Part shown: positions 9,125 to 17,240 of the stretch, in pieces
Layout of the letters: every line of letters starts with the position of its first letter
Position numbering within the stretch: position 1 is the stretch's first letter
Assembly: GCA_017609285.1 (NCBI GenBank)
Contig: JAFCEE010000002.1
Span: forward strand, 8,152-72,151
DNA: 64,000 nucleotides
DNA from: Candidatus Pacearchaeota archaeon
Lineage (GTDB): Archaea > Nanobdellota > Nanobdellia > Pacearchaeales > GW2011-AR1
Reading direction: 5' to 3'
The notes under the pieces: generated by a model
Seen by the model: only the letters and a program-made list of their open reading frames with translations
Told to the model about the DNA's origin: nothing
Databases searched by the model: none
Made by a program: the position numbers and the translations under genes

Positions 9125-10363
9125 AACAATTATGTGATCTATGTTTATATCCCCTCCCCTTCCATTCCTAGGTATTCTCAAAAGCCTGTTTTTAATGATA
9201 TATGAAAAATCAAGCTCAACCTCAAATCCAACGTCTTTTGCTATTTCTTTAATTAGTTCATTGTTTTGTATAAGATACCCTTTTATTTTGTTGTTCCCAA
9301 TTACTATAACATACCTTTTTCCATCTTTTAATACTCTATATATTTCCTCTAAATTTTTCTTTATATCAAGATAAAAACTTGATAGAATATACGAGTGTTT
9401 CTTACTTATCTTCCATATTTTAAAGCTTAAAGAATCCAATTTTTCAAAACCAGTTTCTAGAAAATTTTTCCATTTACTTGCCGGAATTTTATCGGTTCCT
9501 ATTTGGCTAATATTTGTTTCTAAAGTTTTTTCTTGAGGTTCTAAATTTAACCAAGCGTACTCTAATTTATGTACATTAATGTAATTTATCGCATTTATGT
9601 ATGGTGGTGAAGTAATAGCCAAATCGATTGTATTATCTTTTAAATCTATATTCCTGGCCTCTTTACTGATTATTTTTGCAAAATTTTTATTTTTTGAAAT
9701 TCTTTTAGAAAACAAAATCATATTTTCTTTTTCTTTGTTTGCTACTTTAATAAAAGTTTCAATTGGATCTACATAAAGTTTTGGAAATCTGCCTGAAACA
9801 TACACTTTTTGTGATTGATTTTCAGCATTCGAAACCCTACGTATAATAGAGGACATAATAATCAAATAGAAGTCTCTTATATCTTTGTCCTCTATTTCTT
9901 CTATATTCTTTTTAATGATACTTAATTTTTTAATTGCTTTTTGTTTGAACCATTTATTTAGGTTTTGTAAATTTGGTTTCCAATAAGAAGAATCATATTT
10001 ATCTTTTTTTATCTTTGCAATTAATTTTTTATGTTCTTTTTTTAACTTATTTGTATTTAGAGGTGTTATTTTTACCTTTGTTATTTTTTTTGCAAGTGTA
10101 CTAATTTCTAATCCAAAACTGTTCCTTCCTAGAAGTAAACTTTCAACAAGCGTAGTTCCACAGCCCATGAATGGGTCTAAGATTATATCATTTTCACTTT
10201 TTGTAAATTTTTTAATAGCCCATCTTGGAATATGTGGGATAAATTTTGCAGGGTATTTATGAATCCCATGAGTGAAAACAGTTACATTATTAGATTTTAT
10301 CGAAAATCTTTCTCCACCTTTAACTTCTATTGGTAATTCATCTACTCCAATTACTTTTCTCAT
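9113..10363 (-). CDS. DNA methyltransferase (N4-C/N6-A class), MTase 1 of cassette
   Basis: 416 aa. 'HKYPAKFIPHIPRWAIKKF...ILDPFMGCGTTLVESLLLGRNSFGLEIS' (AdoMet motif I region) lies near the N-terminus. 'LAITSPPYINAINY' (motif IV) lies about 190 aa downstream. Confidence 0.8.
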   Translation of the reverse strand: MRKVIGVDELPIEVKGGERFSIKSNNVTVFTHGIHKYPAKFIPHIPRWAIKKFTKSENDIILDPFMGCGTTLVESLLLGRNSFGLEISTLAKKITKVKITPLNTNKLKKEHKKLIAKIKKDKYDSSYWKPNLQNLNKWFKQKAIKKLSIIKKNIEEIEDKDIRDFYLIIMSSIIRRVSNAENQSQKVYVSGRFPKLYVDPIETFIKVANKEKENMILFSKRISKNKNFAKIISKEARNIDLKDNTIDLAITSPPYINAINYINVHKLEYAWLNLEPQEKTLETNISQIGTDKIPASKWKNFLETGFEKLDSLSFKIWKISKKHSYILSSFYLDIKKNLEEIYRVLKDGKRYVIVIGNNKIKGYLIQNNELIKEIAKDVGFEVELDFSYIIKNRLLRIPRNGRGGDINIDHIIVLKK

Positions 10364-11682
10364 TTTCTCAACACCACGAGGCTTTCTCTTAATAAGGATT
10401 TATTATTTATTTTTTTATATTGTTGTGAGCTTGTTCCTAAATGTCTTGCCACTTCAATATGATACTTTTTAAAACCAATCTCTAAACCAATTTCGCCTAG
10501 AATTAAATCTGTAGGAATGGCTATATTTCCATAGGCAGAATTCCCCACTACAATAATGCAATAGTGATCCTTTCTTAATAATTCATAGATTCCTTTTAAG
10601 GTTTTCCACATATCTTCAAAATATCCTTCAATCATAAGGGGTATTTTTTTGTTCCACAAATTCTGTTTTTTTATGGTTTCTACAAACATATCCACATATT
10701 TATTTTTTAATAGACTCCTTTCTGTTAATTTCGTGTTTAAATGAGATACTAAACTTTGTTCTCTTAGTGTTCTTAATTCGGGATAGTTTTTTATAAAATC
10801 CCCAAACCATAATTCCATTTTATAAACTTCAGTATAATCAAAACAGTTCATATAAGGAGGAGAAAAAACAACAAGAGAAAGTTTATTTTTAAATTTTATA
10901 ATATTTTTAATATCAAAATTATGAACAAGATCTTTTTTGTTTGAGATATAGGATCCCATCAGCAGATCATATAATTTTCTGACATCCTCTTGAAATAAAT
11001 AGGATCTAACTTTTTGTGTTCTTGTTGATTTTAAGTCATTTATCATTTCTTCTACCTTCTTAAAAAATGTAGGCATTACTTTCTTTGGTATTTTATTTTT
11101 TGGATACTTCAAACCATTCCCATCTTTTTTTGCAATACTTGTATCCTCAAGAATAGATAAAAATGCTAAAAGAAAAAAATCTCTTTTTTTGGAATTAGGA
11201 ATTGAAAGGATATATTCTTTCAACATTAAAAGACTATCCAACCTTTCACCAAATAATTTTTTTACAATTGATAATTTGGGTGGAAGTAATGATGGTTTAA
11301 AATCTATATTCTTAATTTTTTGTAGTTCTTTTTCTATGTCCTCTATTTCATCTTTTTTGAAATTAGTTAATTTTACTTTACTTAAAAAAGCTAGGAAAGG
11401 ATTTATCTCAAAACCAATGCTGTTAATTCCTTTTTCTTTTGCAGATAGTAAGGTAGTTCCACCCCCACTAAAAGGATCCATAATGAAACCCTTCTTTTTA
11501 ATATTAAACCTATCTATAAGATTTAATATTAAATCTCTCGAATATCCTTCTTTTATATCAAACCATCTATGAATTGGCCTGTTTAAGTTTTGAGAGAAAT
11601 TTACTAAGTCTTTATATTCTGACCTCTCAACTACATCTATTTTTTTGGCCAATTCTGTATAGGTTTTTTCAATGACATTCAT
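10360..11682 (-). CDS. DNA methyltransferase (N4-C/N6-A class), MTase 2 of cassette
   Basis: 440 aa. 'IMDPFSGGGTTLLSAKEKGINSIGFEINP' and 'VVFSPPYMNCFDY' occur in the same motif order as MTase 1. It overlaps MTase 1 by 4 nt. Confidence 0.8.
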   Translation of the reverse strand: MNVIEKTYTELAKKIDVVERSEYKDLVNFSQNLNRPIHRWFDIKEGYSRDLILNLIDRFNIKKKGFIMDPFSGGGTTLLSAKEKGINSIGFEINPFLAFLSKVKLTNFKKDEIEDIEKELQKIKNIDFKPSLLPPKLSIVKKLFGERLDSLLMLKEYILSIPNSKKRDFFLLAFLSILEDTSIAKKDGNGLKYPKNKIPKKVMPTFFKKVEEMINDLKSTRTQKVRSYLFQEDVRKLYDLLMGSYISNKKDLVHNFDIKNIIKFKNKLSLVVFSPPYMNCFDYTEVYKMELWFGDFIKNYPELRTLREQSLVSHLNTKLTERSLLKNKYVDMFVETIKKQNLWNKKIPLMIEGYFEDMWKTLKGIYELLRKDHYCIIVVGNSAYGNIAIPTDLILGEIGLEIGFKKYHIEVARHLGTSSQQYKKINNKSLLRESLVVLRK

Positions 11683-11690
11683 TTTAACAC

Positions 11691-11897
11691 CTACTTTAGA
11701 TTTAATCTTTTTTTAATTTTTGATGAAACAAAAGATTTTTCAGCAAGCCAAGCAATTACAATATTCCTAATTATCTCTGCATCAGTATTTCCCATTTCTC
11801 CTTTTAACATTTTAATTAACTCATATTGTTTTTTTGTTAAAGAAAGGTGTATCCTTTTGGTCTCATTTTTTACTGATTTGTTGCTCATTTGTATCAC
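11691..11897 (-). CDS. Ribbon-helix-helix (CopG-like) protein, candidate R-M controller
   Basis: 68 aa. 'KRIHLSLTKKQYELIKMLKGEMGNTDAEIIRNIVIAWLAE' fits the strand-helix-helix pattern. It is the first gene of the MTase operon. Confidence 0.6.
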   Translation of the reverse strand: MIQMSNKSVKNETKRIHLSLTKKQYELIKMLKGEMGNTDAEIIRNIVIAWLAEKSFVSSKIKKRLNLK

Positions 11898-11951
11898 CCT
11901 AGTATTATTTAAGTACTAAATATATATAAATATTTCGATAGTGTAGCACAA

Positions 11952-12227
11952 ATGAATTATTTTGAAAGAGATTTTTATGTTGATTTCATTGTTCAATTTA
12001 AAGATGGTTCTATTGGCTTATTTGATACAAAAAGCGGAATAACAGCAAAAGATGCAGGGCCAAGAGCAGAAGGCTTACAAAGGTATATCAAAGAACAAAA
12101 CAAAAAAGGAAAGAAACTTTGGGGCGGAATTGCTATTTTCGTAAATGGAACATGGAGATATAACAATAATGAAAAGTATGAATACAATCCGAATGATTTA
12201 TTAAGTTGGGAGGTTTTAAAGATTTAG
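11952..12227 (+). pseudogene. Orphan C-terminal fragment of a PD-(D/E)XK nuclease domain (Res/helicase-nuclease type)
   Basis: 91 aa. 'FYVDFIVQFKDGSIGLFDTKSG' is a D...(D/E)xK nuclease core. The tail 'AEGLQRYIKEQNKKGKKLWGGIAIFVNGTWRYNNNEKYEY' resembles C-termini of type III Res-like helicase-nucleases (from memory). No helicase body lies upstream. Confidence 0.4.
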
Positions 12228-12269
12228 ATTAAAAACATACAGACAAAAAATAACTGAAGGGGGTACAAG

Positions 12270-13043
12270 ATGAAAACATCTACAAAAAAAATGTTTCTTT
12301 CTCTTCTAGCCTTAACTATTATAATAACATTGATTGGTGTAGGTTCCTTAAGGTTAATTGAAAAAAAAGACCAAGTAGGAATTAATTGTAACGTATTAAA
12401 AGGATTGTGTATTGAAATGGATATTAACTCTTACATTGATGAATTTGGACTGGTCAGGAATAAATTTGGATTTCCTTCTTCATTCAGACACGGAGATTAT
12501 TTAAGAATAGATGAAATAAGAATCTATAATTTTGGTGAAAAAAATATTTCCCCATTTGATATTGTTATTGATATACATCCCATAGGGGGTCATATTAAAG
12601 AGGGTTATTCATCTAATTATGGATCGCAGAGGATAACAATTAATCAAACATTAAAATCAAAAGATATTTATATAGTAAAGAGGGAAAAATATCAGGGATA
12701 TAATCATTTTTTAAATTCTAAATTTATTAAAAGGGATAAGTTACATGGAATAGAATTGTATAAAACCGGAGAGTGGATTTTCGATGTAAAAATTGAATTA
12801 AAAAAAGAAGGTTCCTTGGGATATACAATTTTAAAAGAGGGGAGATGGAAGGGGGATATATTCTTAGTCAACCCAAAACACGAGATTGACACCTTAATAG
12901 AAAATCAGAAAATGAAAAAAATAGCATTAATTACCTTAATTGCAATTTCAATCATCTCTATATTTCATATATGGAAAAATGAATTTGAAAATATGATCTG
13001 GAAAATTTATAAGAAATATATAAAAAATTATTTAATGTTTTGA
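12270..13043 (+). CDS. Hypothetical protein with N- and C-terminal TM anchors
   Basis: 257 aa. A GGGGG SD-like motif lies upstream. There are TM segments at both ends around a roughly 190-aa soluble domain. No family was recognised. Confidence 0.55.
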   Translation: MKTSTKKMFLSLLALTIIITLIGVGSLRLIEKKDQVGINCNVLKGLCIEMDINSYIDEFGLVRNKFGFPSSFRHGDYLRIDEIRIYNFGEKNISPFDIVIDIHPIGGHIKEGYSSNYGSQRITINQTLKSKDIYIVKREKYQGYNHFLNSKFIKRDKLHGIELYKTGEWIFDVKIELKKEGSLGYTILKEGRWKGDIFLVNPKHEIDTLIENQKMKKIALITLIAISIISIFHIWKNEFENMIWKIYKKYIKNYLMF

Positions 13044-13071
13044 TGAGTAAATCTTTTAGAGGAGATTTAAA

Positions 13072-13308
13072 ATGAGCAATTTGTTTAAAGATTTAACAGA
13101 AGAAATAATTGAAGCATTTAGTTTAGGGATACTTGCAATAATCTCTATTATCATACTTTCATCCGTTGGAGAAGTAACGGGACAAAATGAAATTATTAAG
13201 AATGCTATTCAAGGTATCTTAATAATAGCTTTTGGAATCGGAATACCTATAGGAATAATTGCTATAATAAAATTGTTGGGAGGATTATCGAATGAAAGAT
13301 ATTATTGA
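13072..13308 (+). CDS. Small membrane protein
   Basis: 78 aa with two hydrophobic helices. A GGAG motif lies upstream. Confidence 0.5.
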   Translation: MSNLFKDLTEEIIEAFSLGILAIISIIILSSVGEVTGQNEIIKNAIQGILIIAFGIGIPIGIIAIIKLLGGLSNERYY

Positions 13309-13654
13309 TATTTCAGAACAACGAAAAGAACTCAGAAGTATAAGGACACATATAAATATTCTCTTTGGCTTTATTGCTGTTTTAATTGGATTTGTTCTTA
13401 CTAATAAAAAAGATATTGATTCTATTTTTTCTATAAGTTTATTCCTTGCTTTTTTATTTATTTGTTTAGCATTTATTTATTCAACAATAGGATTAGAAAA
13501 AAACTCTAAACAGAACAATAGGTTATTAAGAAAAATAAATAATTTAATGATATTATCTATTGTTTTTGTTTTATTGGGGGTTACGTATTTAATATTTGAT
13601 TTATGGAAAATCAAAGAGATAATTTCAATTATTTTAATAAAAGCAATAAGATAA
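13292..13654 (+). CDS. Small membrane protein
   Basis: 120 aa with three hydrophobic helices. It overlaps the previous ORF by 17 nt. Confidence 0.5.
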   Translation: MKDIIDISEQRKELRSIRTHINILFGFIAVLIGFVLTNKKDIDSIFSISLFLAFLFICLAFIYSTIGLEKNSKQNNRLLRKINNLMILSIVFVLLGVTYLIFDLWKIKEIISIILIKAIR

Positions 13655-13702
13655 AATGCTCTCCAAAAAATCCCAAATCGCCAAATTTATAAACTCGTTT
13701 AT

Positions 13703-14200
13703 CTAGCCAACCCACCCCAAAACCTCACTCACAACCTCCTCAGGAGTTTTGTTATTTGTGTTTATAATCCTACCTTCATTGAAAGAAGAAACTAATTTGA
13801 AAACATCTTTTACAGCTTTTTCTCCCAATTTATCCTTCCTGTTCTTGTCTCTTTTTATACACTCTTTTAAACTTGCTTTTAAAGTAAAAATAAAATGTTT
13901 AGATTTTAGATTTTTAATTAGATCATCAATCTGCTCTTTATGGTAGAAATTCCCTTCAATAACAAGGTTTCCTTTTTTCAGTTTTTCTTTTAATTTAGGA
14001 AGAATTATTTTGTCAGCTTTTAAAAACTTGTTTAAAGGAATCCATTTTTCTCCTGGAATGTAGTCCAGGCCTAAATTTTCCATAATTTTGTCAAAATGTA
14101 TTACCTCTGCTTTAATTTTCTTAGCTAAAATCTCGCTAATTGTTGATTTTCCTATTCCTGCAGGCCCTCTTATAATTATATATAATAACTCATGACTCAT
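13703..14200 (-). CDS. P-loop kinase-like ATPase (AAA_33/NMP-kinase-like)
   Basis: 165 aa with Walker A 'GPAGIGKST'. The size and layout match small nucleotide or other kinases. Confidence 0.6.
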   Translation of the reverse strand: MSHELLYIIIRGPAGIGKSTISEILAKKIKAEVIHFDKIMENLGLDYIPGEKWIPLNKFLKADKIILPKLKEKLKKGNLVIEGNFYHKEQIDDLIKNLKSKHFIFTLKASLKECIKRDKNRKDKLGEKAVKDVFKLVSSFNEGRIINTNNKTPEEVVSEVLGWVG

Positions 14201-14800
14201 TTAGAGAAGAGAAATATAAAAACTTAACCTTACTCATCGCTTTCAACATGTATAGGAGTAAAGTTTAAAAGAAAATAAAAGCAACAAATATCATGAATGA
14301 AGAAGCTGCTGAAATTTCAAATCAAAACCATAGCCCTTGCACAAAGGTAACCTTAATTAACAAAAAATAAAAGCAGAAAAATTTAAAACTATAAATTTAT
14401 AATGGTTTTTATTAAGGAAGTGAAAATAAGTTCTCAGAATGCCTGAAAACGCCTGATTTTGTGGGGTTCTTATAACGTATATTGTGCGAAGTTTTTATGT
14501 GTAAAAGAGAAAATTAAGTGTTTTGTTATGTTTCTAGGGGTTTTGAGCTGGTTTTTGAGCTTAATTGAACTAAAGTTAGCTTTGTACATGTTTTTAAAAT
14601 GTTAATTTTTGCTATAATTAAAAAGTTATAATCAGACCATAGTCTTATATAATTTAATAAATAGTTTTCTAATTTCATCTAGCTAGTTTTGTTTTTTAAT
14701 TTAAGTATGCCTCTATTGAATTTTTGTTGATTTTGTGCACTTTCCTTACCTTCGTGAAAATAATATGTTTTTGCTTTGTTAGTATATTAAATATAAGAAG

Positions 14801-15199
14801 TTAAAATATTTTAGAGATCTTTTCAAGATATGGCAATTCTAATTTTAAGGTTCGGGATATTTCTAAAGCTGCGGTTTCTGCTTTTTTTTCTAATGAAGTT
14901 AATGCAGGATTGAGATTATGGAAAGTAAGAGGTAATTGTGATCTTCCTGTTTTTTTATCTTTAGTCCTTATAAAATATTGGTGAAAAAGAATATAATGAT
15001 TATTACCATTTTCATCTTTTGATTCAATAATATGCCCTTTCCATAAAGTAGAATTATGAGATGCCCCACCAGAATAGTTAAGATAAATCTCTTCCAATAA
15101 ACCTTGTGAGGAATTTCTAGAATTTCTTTGAAAATATAAACGCCTGTGAAAAGTATTTTTATCTGTTGTATTTTTAACTTCACTATCTCTTAAATCCAT
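14801..15199 (-). CDS. Hypothetical protein
   Basis: 132 aa with non-repetitive composition. No family was recognised. It is the only plausible ORF in the 14.2-15.5 kb gap. Confidence 0.4.
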   Translation of the reverse strand: MDLRDSEVKNTTDKNTFHRRLYFQRNSRNSSQGLLEEIYLNYSGGASHNSTLWKGHIIESKDENGNNHYILFHQYFIRTKDKKTGRSQLPLTFHNLNPALTSLEKKAETAALEISRTLKLELPYLEKISKIF

Positions 15200-15337
15200 A
15201 TAAATTTTAAGTTTAGGATATTTAAAAATATTTATGTGGTGGCTGTAAATCTTAATATTTGTTTTAATTTAATATTTTTGCATTAAGGTTAGCTTAGTTA
15301 AAAATTTTGATAAGAAAATTAATTTGGAATTAATTTT

Positions 15338-15413
15338 AGCTGTTTAAAGCTGTTTAAACAGCTGTTTATGTTGATTTTTATTATTTAAAGGGTGTTTAAG
15401 TAAATAAACACCC
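15338..15413. promoter_or_regulatory. Operator-like palindromes upstream of the 15499 HTH gene
   Basis: GCTGTTTA occurs 3 times (15339, 15349, 15361), including the perfect palindrome GCTGTTTAAACAGC at 15349..15362. A hairpin GGGTGTTTA-N6-TAAACACCC at 15390..15413 is followed by a T-run. Confidence 0.5.
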
Positions 15414-15498
15414 TTATTTTTAGCTAATTTTTTAGTAATTTTTTTCTTAATTTTTATTAAAAATTTAATAAAATGCATAGAATTTTGTCGTCGATATT

Positions 15499-16182
15499 TT
15501 GGAAAAAGAAAAAGTTTATAAATATACTTTCTTTGATTTTTTTATGGTTTGGTGGTTGTTTAGTAAAAGAAAAGAGGTTGAAGGGTTAAAAGAAGAAGTA
15601 AAAGAGAGTTTTGAGAAGGTTAAAAAAGATATTGAAGATGTTGGAAAGTGGCTTAAACACTTTAATGATAAGCATGAGGATCACCATTCTAGGTTTTCTG
15701 TAATTGAACAAAGATTATCGACGATAGAAAATGATTTGGAAGAATTAAAAAATTCCCTTTCTTTGATGGATGTTGGCGTTTATAAACAGCTGTTTAAAAC
15801 ACCCAAACAGGTGTTTAAAGAACAAACAGCTGTTGAAGGTGTTCAAACACCTGTTCAAACACCTGTTCAAACAGGTGAAAGTTCTAATTTTAATTTATCA
15901 AAATTTTCTGTTATGGAAAGAGCAATGATCTATGTTCTTTTGAACACTGATATGAAGTTAAGTTATGATGATATTGCTGCAATGATGGGAAAGTCCAGAA
16001 CAACAATTAGAGGGCAGATAAATAGCATAAAAAGGAAAAGTGAGGGTTTAATTGAAGAGCTAATAGAAAAAAATGGCAAAAAAAGGCTATATATTCCTGA
16101 TTATATAAAAGAAAAAATGCTTAAAAACGTAAAAGTGAGAGTTAGTAAAAAAAGAAAAAGCAAAAAAAACAGTGAAAAGTGA
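15499..16182 (+). CDS. Coiled-coil / short-repeat linker / C-terminal HTH protein (paralogue A)
   Basis: 227 aa. The N-terminal coiled coil is 'VKESFEKVKKDIEDV...'. The linker is 'VQTPVQTPVQT'. The C-terminal HTH is 'FSVMERAMIYVLLNTDMKLSYDDIAAMMGKSRTTIRGQINSIKRKSEGLI'. The track start is TTG, so the true start is uncertain (next ATG at 15544). Confidence 0.65.
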   Translation: MEKEKVYKYTFFDFFMVWWLFSKRKEVEGLKEEVKESFEKVKKDIEDVGKWLKHFNDKHEDHHSRFSVIEQRLSTIENDLEELKNSLSLMDVGVYKQLFKTPKQVFKEQTAVEGVQTPVQTPVQTGESSNFNLSKFSVMERAMIYVLLNTDMKLSYDDIAAMMGKSRTTIRGQINSIKRKSEGLIEELIEKNGKKRLYIPDYIKEKMLKNVKVRVSKKRKSKKNSEK

Positions 16183-16270
16183 GAAAAATTCATGTTCAGT
16201 GAGAGATACAGCTTAAAAAGGATTAAAAGTGAGTGATTTTGAAAAAGAAAAAAGGCTAGAAGTGAGAGAT
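16134..16270. repeat. Phased AGTGAG(A/T)GA(T) iteron-like array
   Basis: AGTGAG starts at 16134, 16178, 16198, 16228 and 16261. The three best copies are AGTGAGAGAT, AGTGAGTGAT and AGTGAGAGAT. Spacings are 44, 20, 30 and 33 nt, close to integral helical turns. The array spans the 3' end of the 15499 gene and the convergent intergenic region. Confidence 0.5.
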
Positions 16271-16402
16271 TAGGGTTAAAATAATACAAAAACAGAAATA
16301 CATAAAATTAAGGTTTTGAGAGCCTGAGAACATAAAAAATGTAGAATTAATAAATCTAGTTAGTAGTTTATTTAATAGTAAATCGTTACACCGAAGAGTA
16401 TT

Positions 16403-17164
16403 TTATATTTCTCTTAGCTTGATAATAGTGTCTAAAGAGGCTATTTTTTTTAAATCTGGTGAAATATGTAGCAAGATCTTTTTATTATTTATCTTTTCTT
16501 TTATTATAGGTATTCCTTTTTTTTGTATTTTGCCTATGTAGTCCCTAATTGATGATTCCGAGAGGTTTAATTTAGAAGAAAGTAGTGGGTAATCTACTAT
16601 CTCACCTTGTTGTTCAAGAGAGTAAAGTAGTGAGAAAACCTGCATTTCTTTTTCTGTAAGTCTTTTAAATTTAATCCGTATATCTTTTTTTAAAGCATCT
16701 AAGCTATCAAGAATTTCTCTAGCTTTGTCAAGATGGTTTTCTGTTGGTTTTTTTCCTATTTCTTGTGTTTTTATGTGTTGGAATATTTGTCTGTCTGTCT
16801 GTTGGTTTGTCTGTCTGTCTGTTGGAACCCCTTTATTTCCTGTGGAAATATCTAAATTTTGCCTTTTTAAAACCTGAGAAAGCAATTTATCTGTTGGAAT
16901 TTCGTTATGTGTTGGAATTATTTGTCTATTTGTTGGTTTTTCTTTTGGATGTGTTGGAACATGTGCCCGCATATTTTTGTATATTTTTTCTTGAATTTCT
17001 GGTTTTTTTAAGAATTTTAACCTTAAATCATCTATGAATCCAGAAATTAATTTGAGATCTGTTTTTATTTCTCTTATTTCCTGCTTTAAATCTTGTATTT
17101 CTTGGCCTAAAGAAAAAATATCTTGCTTGACTTTTTTAAAAGCATCTCTTATTTGTTCTTTCAT
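16403..17164 (-). CDS. Coiled-coil / PT-repeat linker / C-terminal HTH protein (paralogue B)
   Basis: 253 aa. N-terminal 'IRDAFKKVKQDIFSLGQEIQDLKQEI'. The linker has [IVK]PT[HDN] repeats. The C-terminal HTH is 'LTEKEMQVFSLLYSLEQQGEIVDYPLLSSKLNLSESSIRDYIGKIQKKGIPII'. The architecture matches 15499..16182. Confidence 0.65.
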   Translation of the reverse strand: MKEQIRDAFKKVKQDIFSLGQEIQDLKQEIREIKTDLKLISGFIDDLRLKFLKKPEIQEKIYKNMRAHVPTHPKEKPTNRQIIPTHNEIPTDKLLSQVLKRQNLDISTGNKGVPTDRQTNQQTDRQIFQHIKTQEIGKKPTENHLDKAREILDSLDALKKDIRIKFKRLTEKEMQVFSLLYSLEQQGEIVDYPLLSSKLNLSESSIRDYIGKIQKKGIPIIKEKINNKKILLHISPDLKKIASLDTIIKLREI

Positions 17165-17240
17165 TTTTATTTTATGTTAGAGAATTATATAAATTTTTAT
17201 TTGATGTAAAGGATATATTAGGCTCTTTTATTCTTTTATT

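Noticed and set aside
16741-16960. TGTTGG repeat array as a non-coding repeat or CRISPR
   Set aside because: It lies inside an intact 253-codon ORF and translates into regular PT-containing peptide repeats. I kept it as a coding-repeat observation only.
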